Below, one piece after another: positions 13,540 to 32,119 of a stretch of DNA of 64,000 nucleotides (positions within the stretch are counted from its first letter, which is position 1; every line of letters begins with the position of its first letter). Position numbers and translations under genes: made by a program. Source of the DNA: the human T2T-CHM13v2.0 reference genome, Homo sapiens; the NCBI RefSeq assembly GCF_009914755.1, contig NC_060927.1. One strand, 5' to 3'. The notes beneath the pieces are model-generated. The model saw only the letters and a program-made list of their open reading frames with translations. It searched no databases and was not told where the DNA came from.

Positions 13540-13720
13540 GCAGAGATTAACAAGTTTTATCTGTAAAGGGCCAGAGTTTTTAGTCTTTGTAGGTCATTTT
13601 TTCTTAGTTACTTTCTTATAAGAAACACAACTATTTAATTCCGCTATTGTATTTGCTTTCAAATACAGAAAATGCATGCATGAGTGAGCATGGCTGAATT
13701 TTAATAAAACCCGTATTATA
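13540..13720. mobile_element. MER58-type hAT-Charlie MITE
   Basis: tctgtaaagggccaga...ctttgtaggtcat...acaactatttaattccgctattgt...gagcatggctg...aataaaac. Confidence 0.7.
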
Positions 13721-13721
13721 C

Positions 13722-13830
13722 ATAGGGAAAACTCAAAGTAATTAACTAACTTGTCCAATGTCAAATAGCTCCTAGGTTGTAAAGCTGGAATTTGAACCCA
13801 CCATCCATGCTCTTAGGCACAAAGTCTGCC
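13722..13830 (-). mobile_element. MIR fragment
   Basis: aacttgtccaatgtcaaatagct...gctggaatttgaaccca. Confidence 0.65.
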
Positions 13831-13868
13831 TCCTAAAAACACTCTCCAAACTTTTCACATTACCAAAG

Positions 13869-13926
13869 ATTACATAAATTTTGAATACATTATATAAACT
13901 TTGAACATTATATAAATTTTGAATAC
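13869..13926 (+). repeat. About 20-bp tandem repeat, 3 copies (attatataaattttgaatac)
   Basis: Units at 13869-13888, 13889-13906 and 13907-13926. Confidence 0.85.
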
Positions 13927-15513
13927 TCACGCCTTTGATAATGGACCTTCTCTCAAATGCACTTTGTCTTGTGCCTATGTGTTCACATTCCTCTCCATCA
14001 TAGCCCACCTCCATCTACTGTCAAGTGTGTTGTGATTATATTTCAGGCAGTTTTGTACCTCTTGTTTTGTACTTCAGCTTGTACTTCTGTACTTTCTATG
14101 TTACCCCAATGTGCACAGCCTTTTCACACTGTGTTGGAATTACAGAGACCTGTGTTTTCTCTAACATTAGACCACAAGATCTTTGAGGTGAGGGACTATG
14201 CCTTGTGTACTGTACTGCTGACAATGAATCAGCACCTGACATGTGGCAGGTAGTTAATAAGTTCTAAATTAAATGAGTCTAAGTACAGTAGGGAAGATCT
14301 GTGCCCTTCCAATTGTGTTGTAATCAAGGGTCAAACAACAAGTGTTGGATTCACAGAGGAGAGACAATTTGTTCCTAATAAGGGATACTGAAGAAAGCTC
14401 CATGGAGAGTTTGATGTTTCATGATGATTTTGGTGGTGAGAGGTGGGTTTGAGGTGCCATTGGCAGAGTGCGTAAATTTAAAGCCTAGAAAATGCAAATG
14501 ATAGTCAGGAAACAGAAAACTTCTATGTGTCTAAAATATAGCATATGTAGGAGCAGCCTAGAAAATGGAGTATGTTCTAGTTTATAGGGAGATTTGAATA
14601 ATCTAAGTGGGATTTTTTTTATTTTGTAGGCAATAAAGAGGCAATGAAGGATCTTATTGTATAAATGAATGAATATACATGAAGTTATTAGAATAGTGCT
14701 TAATGCATTCAAGTTCACAATAAAGATTAACTAACATTATTATTATGATTTTGATCAGGAATATATAAGTATTTGTGATTATATGAAAGGAGGATAGGCA
14801 TTATCGAGTAGGGGGACCAGCTAGAATGCCTATATCAATAGCTACAGTCTGACTTGTGTCAACTGGACTGTAGGAACAGGCAGCAGTAGGGGCTGCTACT
14901 ATATCCCCACAGAAGATAAAATATCCATCACAATCCCAGAATTGAAAAATGAGCAGGGAAAACCAAGGATGAAGCAAGAAAGCGTGGTCAGGCAAGACAC
15001 CACATGTGCTAGAGTCCTCCAGCTTGGAAACACCATTGTGTGCAAGATGCACTGTGCATTTATCCCTCAGCTAGTGCTTGGATTATCCATGTGTACCTGA
15101 CTTGGGCTTGAGGATGGATTTCATTATAACTGTGCTGAATTTGGGATAATGCTTTCAGAATCCAGGAAAGTGAGATCAAATGTCTAGCAGATACCTTTCT
15201 TATCCTATTCTTCACTAATTAACATAAACAGCAATTCTGACAATACCAGCTCCTACTCTCAACTTCCCCAAGCTCAGCCTCCATCCCCTTCATTCCCAAG
15301 CCCAATCTCTCTCTGTCCTCCCCAAGTCCAGTCTCAATCTAATAAACCAAAGTAGACAACAGGAAAAGAAAATCTGTAAGACCTACAACTTACCCTTTCC
15401 CTAAGAACACACTTCCCTTGCATAGGGGATGTTTCTCTATAAGCTTCCTTAGTGTCTCTTTCTTCTTTAGTATCAGGCTTTGAATTTCCCACGCCCTGAA
15501 GTTTGGAAGGGAG

Positions 15514-15637
15514 TTTTTTTTGAGATGAGGTCTTTCTATGTTACTCAGGCTGGTCTCAAACTACTGAGTTCAACAAATCCTCTTGCCTTTGCCTTCCAAA
15601 GTGCTGGGATTACAGGCATGAGCCACCATACTCAGCC
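15514..15637 (-). mobile_element. Free left Alu monomer (FLAM_C-like)
   Basis: Poly-T directly on a single monomer; TSD tggaaggga at 15504-15512 and 15638-15646. Confidence 0.88.
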
Positions 15638-17064
15638 TGGAAGGGAATTACTTGACCCCATTCTCCAGACATGAATCCTGATTGACTTAAGATAATCCTC
15701 CTATTCTGTCCTCTCCTGTAGTTATTGGATCAGAGATGAGCAAATGGTCCAGGTCAGGTCAATTAGGGACAAGTTTTTCTCTTTCCAGAAGCATCAAAGT
15801 ATAGCCCCCAAATGCCCAGTCATTGTATGACCACAGAAGGAAAGGAACCTGTAATGAGAAGTCAGAACCTGAGTCCTTGCTTCAGTGGTAGATAAGGCCA
15901 GGCTTAAAGCCATTTCTGCCAATGACTTGCCAATTATAGCAGATAAAATCAAAGCAAAACTAACAAGGTAACCATCTTATAACAGTTTAAATACTGCTTT
16001 CTATTACTCATAACCAAAAAGTTCTAATTAATATGTCCTGGGATCTCTGATTGCCTCAGTCACTTGCTTGGATCACCTGAAGTATACTATTATCTACCCT
16101 CTCTGCCCTCCAGAATAAACACATGCAGTTGTGACAGAGAAGACATGTTTACAGGCAGCTTGGAAATATAAAGTTATGGGTAGGTTATAAATACCATAAC
16201 AACAACATTATCCCACACAGTGGGGGATAGTGGCAACCCTGAGTCATCATCTGCTTTACAGTTAAAGAACTGACAATTTTTTCTTCATTGAATAAAACCC
16301 AAATACTTTCTTAACTACAGATAACATTTTAAGTTATATTTTAAAGTTCTTCCACTAAAATAATGCAGTTTGAATGATTCAAATCTTCAGCATCAATTCA
16401 AGCAACATGTAACCAATAAACAATTAGTTTACCCACAGGCTTTGTTGATCTGTCTACCTAATTGTATGACAAGCTCACGTTGGGTGGGCAAATACAACTG
16501 CTGCCCAGGGGCTTTACCAAACCTTGTATTTACCTAAACTTTAATTTGGAAGACGTGATGTTACTACTAAAAATCGCTCTCTACTTCTCCTCCCCTTAAA
16601 AACAAACTAATAGATAAATAGACCAACTTTAAACCTATTGTGGGGACATAATTCACAAAAAAGCACAGAAATCCTGTAATGGGAAAATTTATCCAGCACT
16701 ACAATATTGATGACAGTCTAATTTGCTAACATTTCTCATCACTTCATTATAGTCTAAATCCACAAGGTGCTCTTCTTGAAGAATATTTGTTTCTGGATCA
16801 ACTTTGAATATAAATTTAAACCCTATCCAGATGCAGGAATACTAAACCTCACACAAAGGAATGCTCACTAGGATTGAACCCACCAAATAAATGACACATT
16901 GGGGGAATTTGCTTCTGATTTGGTGACAGAGATTTACTAGATAGATAATTATTTAACGTTATCTATGTAGAACCCCTTGGGGAAATAAAAATGTATCTCC
17001 ACAGTAACCTAGCGAAATTTTGTACCAGGAAGTCTAACAGAAGTGTTAGTGTAGTGGCTAAGAA

Positions 17065-17535
17065 ATGTGTTTCTAATCTTTTTGACCCCTTTGGACTCCT
17101 TCAGTCATCTGGTAAAGCCAGTGGATTTCTTCTTGGAACAATTTTTTTGAATCCATAAAATAAAAACACACAGTATTACAAAGGAAACTCATTGTATTAA
17201 AGCACAGTCATCAAAATATTTAAAAATTGTGATTATTATTTTTTTATTAATGAGTTAAATAATAAGATCTAGCAGCATAGTTGATAATTACTGTAATTTC
17301 AAAGTGCTGACAAGTATAAACAATATCTCATGATGTTTGTAAAAACTAATGTGATGGGAAAATGGGTGTTTCAATTGTGACAAAGTTGCAGATACTACTA
17401 ATACAACTGTGGGTTTTTATCTATACTCTTAGTGAAAGGAAATACTAAATTTCACTTAAAAGTAAGTACAAATGAAGATGCAATAACTTTTCCCATGAAA
17501 GTTTGTGGACTTCCTGAATTCCAGGTTAAAAATTA
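17065..17535. mobile_element. hAT-Charlie element (MER119-like)
   Basis: tttctaatctttttgacccctttgg...tctggtaaagcc...ataaaataaaa...attacaaaggaaac...ccaggttaa. Confidence 0.65.
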
Positions 17536-17594
17536 CCATTCAAAGAGCATGGGCTCTGGGATTAATTCACTGCCCTTCTAATTTTGTGGACTTT

Positions 17595-17745
17595 AAATCT
17601 TTGCGGAGTGGGGGTCCTAGTCCCTGTAATAATTGAATTAAATCTATGGACACTGTAAACATTAAAATGCGCACACCCAAACACAGGGATATTTTGCATA
17701 TCATCCGGTGATGGTGGGATATGGAATCCAGGTTAACAATCTTTG
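17595..17745. mobile_element. hAT-Charlie MITE (MER117-like)
   Basis: aatctatggacac...aaaatgcgcacac...attttgcata...ccaggttaacaatc. Confidence 0.5.
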
Positions 17746-18014
17746 TGCTACAAGGTAGGTATCATACTTCCTAGCTTGTTTATTCAACTGCCTAGCCATA
17801 GAAACAAGTGTTTTCAGATGAAGATGATGACAGTGATGAGAAAGAGGATGAAGAATATAAAGGTACTGAATGGCCTTATTGGTAGATAGTAGGGACAGTA
17901 GCAGGCAACTGTAACTGATTTGAGTATTCAGGAATTAAGTAGAATTTTCTAGAGGAATTTAATCTGTGATCCGTGCAGATACAGTGGATAACATATAGGT
18001 TATCTATGTAAGAC

Positions 18015-18570
18015 ATTTACTGCTTTTCCCTGCTGGGTGCCTATTTATCTTTCATCAGATATTTACACCTCAGTTTTCCTTTGGAGAACAAACTCCCTCA
18101 CTCCTCACCCCCATTCTTAATCAATGTCATTTGAATGGAGTTATATTTACCCTCAGCCTCAAAGTTAGGCTCATGTTTTGCCAATCAGAGAATTCACTCT
18201 TTTTGCCCACAGCAATTGGTCAGACATTGGCTTACAACCTAAGTCAGACAGATGATACTCAATTCTAAGACTTTTGATGAAACTTATAGACAAGAGAAAT
18301 CCTTTACCAAGAGGGATGAATAGAAAGTAAAATGACTGGCAACCATTTTGCCACGAAGAAATAAACTGCCTGAGAATGAAGAGTAGAGGAAGAAGAGATT
18401 AGAGATCGGAAAATCAAGAATAAGTCCTGATGAAATTATCTGAACTCCTAATTCCAACTTTGCCTAAAGTCTAACATATCCATTAACTCATGTTACGTGA
18501 TACAATACATTCCTTCTTTTCCTTTGAGCCATTTTGAGTTTGATGTCTATTCTTCAGCAGTTGTTCTGAC
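18015..18570 (+). mobile_element. Old MaLR LTR (MLT1K/L-like)
   Basis: ccaatcagag...gcccacagcaattggtcag...ccattttgccac...ctgcctgagaatgaag...caatacattcctt...gccattttgagtt. Confidence 0.6.
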
Positions 18571-19327
18571 TTAGCACATTACCCCCAACTGTCTAATAAA
18601 ACTAGTGTTCAAAGTGGATACATTGAGCAGAGATGTCTTTTCTTAGTAGCTAATTCTTAAAAACTTGACAAAGTATTTTACATCTTGTGGATTAACTCTG
18701 CTAGCCTGAGGATTTCCCTTGCATCCTTATTTACAATTTTCCTACCTCCTCTCATTCCATAGGATTCCGGATGCTGATATGAGTAGAAGAGGGAGGGGTA
18801 TGGTGTCACAACAAGATCAGTGCAGGAGTGCATAAATGGGTTCATATGTGTGCATGTCAAAGCCAGATAAAATTACTTTTACTATTAGTTCATTGTTTTT
18901 TCTGTTGATCTATATAGTTTTAATACAGTTTAACATGTCACCTAATATCTGTTTATAGGTGATGATTAGCATATGATTAGCATAATATATTAACTTCATA
19001 TAGCATATATGATTAGCATAATATATTAACTTCAATATTCTTGGAATCTTTTATTTTTAGAGTATCCACGGGCATCAAATTTTGACCCAACAATGTACCT
19101 TTGGGAGGAAGAAAAACTACATCTGAGATAAACTGAAAAGTTTGTAAAGCTTAGCCAAAGCCACTGTGATATTTTAAGGCCCCTAAATAGACCAACAACA
19201 ATAGTTGAGCAATCAAACAATAGGTACATTTATTCATTTCACAGATGTTAATTAAGCACCTACTATTTGACAGCAACTATTCTAGGTTTAAGGGAAACAG
19301 TAGTTAACAACTAATAGTCAATAGTTG

Positions 19328-23795
<4,468 letters not shown>

Positions 23796-24339
23796 CAAAA
23801 TAATTAACAGTTAAGGTCCCTACCCTCAGAGAGCTTCTGATAGCAGGAGAAAGAGGAAGCAAATAAATAAATGAACTAGACAAGTTATTAGAAATGAATG
23901 CAGTAGAGAAAAATTGAAAAGGACTGTGTAGTAGAGAATGACTTAGTAGGAGGGGTGATCGTTACATTAACCAGTCAGTGTTGGCTTCTTAAAAGATGTG
24001 GCTCTATCTTCATAGATTTGTGTTGCCAGGCAAATGGAATTCTCATATGCTCCCCTTGGGAGTGCAAATTGATACACACACTTTGTAAAATTATTTTATT
24101 CTATCTACTCAAGTTGCATGATTTTATCACAAAGATATAGTTAAATCCTTCATCCTCTGCTTGTATATGGTGTCGGCAGAGATCCCTCTCAACTTTTCTT
24201 CCTTGTCATTCCCACAGGGAATATAACTAGATTACCACATGCAGGTTTGATGTTGAGGAAGACAATTTGAGTATGGTATGGCTTGGTGATAACAATGACA
24301 ACCACAACCACAATAGTGTAAAAATAGTAATAGTAATTA

Positions 24340-24560
24340 ATACATGTGATACTTATTATTTCTGAAGCATTGTCCTAATAATTTATTAATGTTTATTTAA
24401 TCCTGTGAGGTAAAAGTAAAAAAACTATGACAATTTTTATATGATAAAACTGAGGCACAGAGATAAGGAACTTGCTCAAGGTCTCACAACCAGCAGGTGA
24501 CAGAACCAAGCAATCTGGCTCCTGAAACTTTAAATTCCAGCTTCTCACTGCTATACATTA
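24340..24560 (-). mobile_element. MIR
   Basis: atttaatcctgtgaggt...aaactgaggcacagagataaggaacttgctcaaggtctcacaac. Confidence 0.75.
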
Positions 24561-24749
24561 ATGCTTTTGCCAAGCTGCAGGTGAATGAACAGGATGATCC
24601 TATCAAGGAATGAACATACGTCCTAGAAACAAATAGATCTGTGCTCAAATCCCAGCATCATCATTTATGAGCTTGGTGACTTAGGACATTTGTTTTTATC
24701 TTGGTGAAATTTAATTATCTCTAATATGAGAATAAAGATAACTATTTTC

Positions 24750-25246
24750 TTTGAGTTACCCTGAAACCAGAGCCTGAGACAAATACTTGGGTGCCGTTAT
24801 TTTATCTGGAAGATAATCCCAGGGAGCATCAATGAAGGAGTGGAGAGATTGGAAAAAGAAGGGGAAAAGGAAGTTTGAAAGTATATTGTTAGGTTGTACT
24901 GTGGGTACCAGGAACTTGGTTCTTCCATGAGCTCCTAAGAAGAGTTTATAGAATGCCCCTCAGTAGTGCTCTCCTGAAGGATCTGAGACAGGAATTTACC
25001 CACTGCTTGCTGATGTGTTTTGGTTGAGACTTGTCCTGAGGCATTAGCTTCCCTGTATTTCCAGGGTGCATTTGCAATGCTGAGTGAGCACCAACTATGT
25101 GACATCAGAGAGGATCCAGAGGTAGAATGCACAATGTGCTGAGGTGGGAGGTGGCAAAGGAGATGAACCTGAGCTGGTCCAGATGCCTTTTGCCGCAGCA
25201 ACTGAAATAAGAGGTGGGCCATGAGGGCACCAAATACATCTGCTAC
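24750..25246 (-). mobile_element. ERVL LTR (LTR16-like)
   Basis: cagagcctgagacaaatacttgggtgc...ttatctggaagataatcccagggagca is the antisense LTR16-type 3' end. Confidence 0.6.
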
Positions 25247-25439
25247 ACCTTTTTTTGTCAGCCGGGGGTAAGATTAGAAATGATCCAAAGCATCTGGCAA
25301 CCTCTCTGACTATAGCAGATAAATGCTACAGCCTCCCATCCTTCAAAGAGAGCAACCTTAATTGGTCTACAACTACAATTACCTTTTCTTCTGCTACTAC
25401 TAATACATTGTGATTGAACTACTGGAAACTCAAATGCAA

Positions 25440-26590
25440 AAAAAGGAGCTTGATTTGTAAATCACACTCTATAAAAATTAACTCCAAATTCATTATATAC
25501 CTAAATATAAAACTTAAAACTATAAAATTCTAGATTAAAACATAGAAGAAATATTTTATGACCTGAGTTTAGGCTAAGCATAATTCATAAAAGAAAAACT
25601 GGGATTTCATCAAATTGAAGAACTTCTGCTTTTAAAAAGTCACTATTAAGATAATGAAAAGACAAACCACAGCTGGAAAGAAAATATTTGCAAATCAGAT
25701 ACTTAAAAAGGACTGATGTAAAGCACTCTCAAAACTCAATAATAAACAAACAAGCAACACAATAAGACAATGGGCAAAAGACTTGAATAGACATTTCATC
25801 AAATAAGATATACTAATGGCAAATAAACACATAAAAACATACTCCCAATCATTGGTCTTTAGGGAAATGCAAATTAAAATCACACTGAGATAACACTAGG
25901 TACCCACTAATGGTCAAATCACTGACCACACAAACTGTCGGCAATGATTCGTAGCATCTGGAACCCTCATACACTGCTGGTGGGAATGTATAATGATGTA
26001 ACCACTTTGGAAGCAGTCTGTCAGTTTCTTAATAAGTTAAACATGTACATACCATATCACCCAGCCATTTCTGTTTTAGTCAAGAGAACAGAAAACATAT
26101 GTCCATACAAAGACTTGTATATAATTCTTCAAAACAGTTTTATTGTCACTGCCAGAAACTGGAAAAGACCCAACTATACATCAATAGATTAATGAGTAAG
26201 TGAGTTGTAGCATATCGATACAATGAAAAGTACAGATATAAAAAGGATAAACCATTGATACATGTAGCAATGCAGATTAATCTCAAAATAATTATGCTGA
26301 GTATATAAAAAGACAAAACATGATTACATACTGTATGAGCCTATTCATATACAATTGTCTAGAATATAAACTAATCTGTAATGATAGAAAGCAGATCAGT
26401 GGTTGCCTGGGGAGGGAGTAGGGCAGACAAGGGATTACAAAAAGGCAAAAAGAAACTTTTGGAGGTGATTGATCCATTCATTATCTTGATTGTGGTGGTG
26501 ATTTCACAGGTGTGTTCATGTCAAATTTTAGCAATGTATACAGTCTAAAGATATGCAGTTTATTTTGTGTCAATTAAGGTCATTAAAAAT
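25440..26590 (+). mobile_element. Old L1 (L1M) ORF2 end and 3'UTR
   Basis: aatgggcaaaagacttgaatagacatttca, ggaaccctcatacactgctggtgggaatgta, gaaagcagatcagtggttgcctgg. Confidence 0.82.
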
Positions 26591-27129
26591 ATTATTATAA
26601 TGAAGTTCCCCTGATTTAAAGATGAGAAAAGTGTCAGTACGGTGTTTCTTCCCCAGGCATGGCAGCTCTCCAAATATATAGATTGTAAATGGCCACCTAT
26701 TTTATCTGCTCACAAGGCCACACTTAATGTACTCCCTCCAGATTTCTTCAAGTATTAAGTAGTCTTTAACCCCGATTTGCACATATGTTTATATTTGTAC
26801 ATTTGCCATTGCACTGGGATTAATGCTTTAAAGATTTCATCTCTGTGGTCATTAATCCCAGGTCCAGATTGCACCATGTCTGGAGAAAGATAAAATTTCA
26901 TTCTCATCTTTCATTAGAAGGCTGGACAAATGCTGCTACTCAGCAGTGCTCTGTGCCTCACTGAAAAGAAACATGCTCATCAGGAAGAAAGAAATCCTCA
27001 GAAAGATATCCTCACTTTTACCCTAAGAAAGAAATCCTACACTTTAAAAATAAAAAAGCAAATACTCTACTTGTGGCAGATATTTTCGATGCTCTGTATT
27101 ATATCCCAAAACTCATCTCAGAGGAGCCA

Positions 27130-27550
27130 CAGTGGACAGTTCCTTGCACTGGCCGCTGATGTCATCCCCTCAGACTCACCTGGTTTTCTGCCCCTGGGCT
27201 TTCTCTAGGAACTGGAAAGTCTCCTCATCCAGCAACCAGGCACAGGCCAGAATTGAGAGAGATTTAATGCCCCTGGGGACAACCCTCAATTAATGGGGTA
27301 TGATTGTTGACAGAAAAATACTACCCACATTCTGCAATCCTTCAGAGAAGAAACTCTAAGGAATGTTCTACATGGTGCCTCAGAGGTTCCTCGGTAGGAC
27401 TCAGTCCCAGGATTTGCAGTGACAAACAAATTACACATCCTTATTGTCTTTGATAACTTCTCTATTTTCCTCTTTCCAATTCCTCATTCTTGCTTCCTGA
27501 GATGACTTCCCAGACTGACTACCTCTGAGTCCTTGTCTCAAGCTCCTCTT
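27130..27550 (+). mobile_element. ERVL LTR (LTR16-like)
   Basis: aatgcccctggggacaaccctcaattaatgg ... tgcttcctgagatgacttcccagactgactac...tccttgtctcaagctc. Confidence 0.55.
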
Positions 27551-28649
27551 TTCATTATTGCCACACCAGAAGCTGTACTTTCAGTGAAGAAGTTGAAGGT
27601 CTAGATTATCATTAGTCTATAAAATAAGCTGAGTAAAGAGCTTCGATAGTGGTATATTCTTTCAATACTCTGATGCCTGACTGAAATTTTGACTTTTGTT
27701 CTTTGACCTCTTACTCTGTCTTCATGAACATAATGTTAACATTTTAGTCACAGATTGAAAGAAATTCTTTGAGAAAGGAGAATAAAGAATAAATTTTTAT
27801 ATTTAAAATTGGACCAATTTTATAAGACAAACCCCAATCAATTTGGCCCTTTAGGCCCATTCTCATTTGACCATCAATAGCTCAAGATGCATATGAAAAT
27901 ATGACCTGCATAGAAATCACATTGCAGTGCCACAAACTGACATATCAACATTAGAATCCACACTACATATTACTGTCTGTTTCTGCCTCGTATATTAACT
28001 ATTTATTTTACATGGAAGACTCCTGCTGTCATAAGATACTTAAAAACTAAAGCTTAGATGCCAAGTGTTAGTCTAATTTATTGTTTAAGATAGAAGACAT
28101 TTCTGTCATAATGTATTTATAATTATTGATTATCCTTGACATAAATGGGCCCATGAAAAATCAATATCTAACTACTTGTACTGATGCCTAAATGAATGCT
28201 TTTATTTGACTGATGAAAAAATTAACTCCCTAAATGATGAGAGTTATCTTTGTCTAGCTATCCATATATAACTGATAATTTAGAAATAAAGCAAACTTTC
28301 CTCCGCATAGGCTGGACCATTATGCTATTTGACACTTCATTTATAGAAAATTCTCAATTTTTGCTTTTTTTTAAAAATATCATAAGGAAAGTTATATACA
28401 TATAGATAAAGTAAGAGGTTGAGTGAGAGAGACAAACAAAATGAAAGATGTTTATTTTGTATGAGTAATGAATTATACTCTAGTATTTTTCTGTTTTATG
28501 ACAGGGGAAAATTTGTGAGTTGCTAAGAAGTAAAACTCTGTATGCAGTTAAGCTTCAAGGCTAGGTATTTTAGGAATATCTTCCCACAGTTCCAAGAATA
28601 TAATCTAGAGACATTAGTCTTGCCTTTCATGTGTGCCCTAAAAGAAAGC

Positions 28650-28882
28650 AAAGCGTAGTGGTTAAGAACCAGGGCTTTGGAGTGATACTCAGATTCAAAT
28701 CCAGGCTCTTCTGCTTATTAGCTACAGCACCTTAGGTAAATTACTTAACTCTTGGAGCTTAGTGTCCTTAGATCTAAACTAGAGTGTATAATATCTATCA
28801 GACAGGGATATTAGGATAATTAATTGAGTTAAAGTCTGAAACATGCTTACAAAATGACTGGCAAATAGCAAGTATTCAAAAA
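28650..28882 (+). mobile_element. MIR, near full length
   Basis: agcgtagtggttaagaaccagggctttggag...ttcaaatccaggctct...ccttaggtaaattacttaac...tggcaaatagcaagtattcaa. Confidence 0.85.
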
Positions 28883-28919
28883 TTCTGTTGCTGGCATGAA
28901 AGAGTAGTCATTACTGGAC

Positions 28920-29301
28920 TGTTCATTGTGAGTGAATTGTGTCCCCCACCAAAAAAAATTCCATATGTTGAAACGTAAGCCCCCAATAGCTCACAATGTA
29001 ACTGTATTTACAGATAGGCTCTTTAAAAAGTTATGAAGTTAAAATGAGGTCATTAGACTGGGCTCTAATCCAATATTACAAGAAGAGGATATTAGAACAC
29101 AGACACAGATAGGGACAACTGTGTAAAGGCACAGGGAGAAGGCGGTCATCTACTGGCCAAGAAGAGAGGCCTCAAAAGAAAACAACTCTGTCAAACTTTG
29201 ATCTTGGCCTTTTAACTTCCAGAACTGTGAGAAAATAAATTCCTGTTGTTTAAGTTGCCAGTCTGTGCTACTCTGTTATGACAGCCTTGCCAACTAATAC
29301 A
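28920..29301 (+). mobile_element. MLT1B-like MaLR LTR
   Basis: gaattgtgtccccc...aagttaaaatgaggtcattag...cacagggagaaggcgg...ccagaactgtgagaaaataaatt...actaataca. Confidence 0.85.
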
Positions 29302-29547
29302 CTTCCCAATAACTATAAATAAGTAAAAAACTGGACAAATAAATGAAATGGCTGTTCTCAAACATTTGTAAACAAGAAACAAAAAAAAGTGATCCTTAAG
29401 AGGAGAGAAGTAAAAAGAGTTCAGTCCATTTGTCACTATGGCTTTTTGCCTGAAGGCATTTTTGAGAATGCAATGCCAGAAGGGGAAACATAGCAGAGTA
29501 TATAGCAGAGCACAGCAGTCTCTTCAAATTCAGAAGACAGAAATTAA

Positions 29548-29857
<310 letters not shown>

Positions 29858-30611
29858 AAAGTTCAAGGATTTTGAGATGGAATTTGCCTGACCAGAGAGT
29901 ATCAGTGAGAGGGAATCTATATAGAGAAAACGTTCCAGAAATCTGAAATGGGGTCCTCTCAAGTCACTGAAGACTAAATCGTGAACATGAGGCTAAAAAT
30001 GTATGAGGCCAAGGAAATAATGACTACAAAAGTAGAGAACAACTTTCCAAGAACAGTCAGAACCCACATGGGCTGGCGAGCCAAGGGGAGAGAACTCATT
30101 GATTACCCAGGGATATAGTGGATATATCAATAGGCTCACAACCTAGTAATAGGAGTAAATTAGCTCTACAGGAACATTTTCCCTAAGAAATCTTAAAAAC
30201 AAACATCAAAGAATCAGACTGCACTGCAAGTAACTTGAAAAAAGACATTTTATGTTAACGAAAGACTCAAGAAATCATATAATTATAAATGTATATGCTC
30301 CTAAAACAGTGCTTCAGAATATGTGAAGCAAAACCCAACAGAAGTAAAGGAAGTAAAACATCAACAATTACATTTGAAGATTTTAATATTCCACCTTCAG
30401 TAATTGACAGAAATAAGTAGACATAAAATTAGTAAGACCTGAATACAGAAGACCTGAATAACCTTATACAACCAAGTGCTGATATTTTAAAAACATGATG
30501 CCCTCAAATAGCAGAAAGTACTTTTTTTCATGGGCACATGAAACATGTGCCAAAGTAGACCATATTTTGGCCTATAAAATAAGTCTCAATACATTTAAAA
30601 AGTTTTGGAGC

Positions 30612-30920
30612 TTTTAAAAAATTATTTTTCACTATTATAGGTGTATATATTTATGGGCTACATGTTTTGATGCAGGCATGCAATGTGTAATAATTACATC
30701 ATAGTAATTAGGGTGTTCATCACCTCAAGCACTTATACTTTCTTGGAGTTGGGAATATTCTAATTCCACTCTTTTAGTGATTTTAAAAGATACAGTAAAT
30801 TATTGTTGACTATGGTCACCCTGTTGGGCTATCAAATACTAGGTCTTATTTGTTCTAACTATATATTTTTCACCCATTAACCACCCGTTATTTCCCCCAA
30901 TCCCAGCATCTCATAACTAG
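30612..30920 (-). mobile_element. Short L1MA 3'-end insertion within the older L1
   Basis: taggtgtatatatttatggg...caggcatgcaatgtgtaataattacatca...gctatcaaatactaggtcttatt; flanked by aaaagttttg on both sides. Confidence 0.8.
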
Positions 30921-31878
30921 TAAAAGTTTTGATGTATATTATATAAAATATTTAAATGGATTAATTAGGAAACAATCATAAAATAATATTTGGAAAAAAA
31001 ACAGATATTTGTAAATTAAAATGTACTATGAAATTAATGTCTCAACTAATGACAATGAAAACACAGCATATCTGTACATAGCATATTTGTGGAATATGGC
31101 CAAAGTTGTGCTTAAAGAGAATTGAATATCTTTAAATGCTGGTATTAGAAAAGAAGAAATTATTAATTAAATAAACTTCCATCTCAAGGAGCTAGGGAAA
31201 AGAAGCAAATAAAACCCAGAGAAACTAGAACAAAGGAAATAACAATGATAAATGTATAAGGTAACAAGATAGAAAATTAACCAAAAATAAAGAACAATAA
31301 AACCAAAGCTGTTTCTTTGATAAAATCAATAGAATGCATAAACCTCTAGAGATATGAGCTAAAATAAAGAGCAATTCACACATTACAAATATAGAAAATG
31401 AAAGTAAAACATCACTACGGATCCTATGTACATTTAAAGTATACAGAGAAATTATGATTCATAACAAAAGTTATTCTTAATTTTACATTAATAAACCTAG
31501 CAATTTAGATGAAGTAAACAAATTCCTTAAAAGGAAATTTAAAAATCACATAAAAATAGAAAGTATTAATAGCTCTATATCTATTAAAGTAATTTATTTA
31601 ATAATGAAAATTCTTCCCATAACGAGAATTCCAGTACCAGATGGCTTCACTGGTGAATTCTGTCAAATGTTTAAGTCAAAAACAACAGATCTCTAACATA
31701 AATTGTTTCAGAAAATAGAAGTGGTGAGACTACTTCCCAAGTCACTATATGAGGCCAAAACTTTAGAGATACATTATAAGAAGAGTAAATTTTAGATGAA
31801 TAGCCCTTCAAATCCTAGACACAACTTATCAATGAAATATTAGCAAATGAAATTCAGAATGAATAAAGAATATATATC

Positions 31879-31922
<44 letters not shown>
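31879..31922 (+). repeat. STR (TCTA)11
   Basis: Read directly from the sequence. Confidence 0.97.
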
Positions 31923-32119
31923 AGCAACCGGGTTCTATGCCAGGAATGCAAGATTAGTTTATATTTAAAAATGAAACAATGCAATAGATTAGACTAACAG
32001 AAAAAATAAAACCGCTATTATTAAACAACAGATGCAAAAAAAATTATAAAATGTAATACTCATTAATGATTTAAAAAAAACTCAAAAAACTAGGTATAAA
32101 AGTGATAATATTCCCCCAA

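Noticed and set aside
17817-17858. Acidic-codon-like run (gatgaagatgatgacagtgatgag...)
   Set aside because: Short low-complexity stretch with no extended ORF or splice context.
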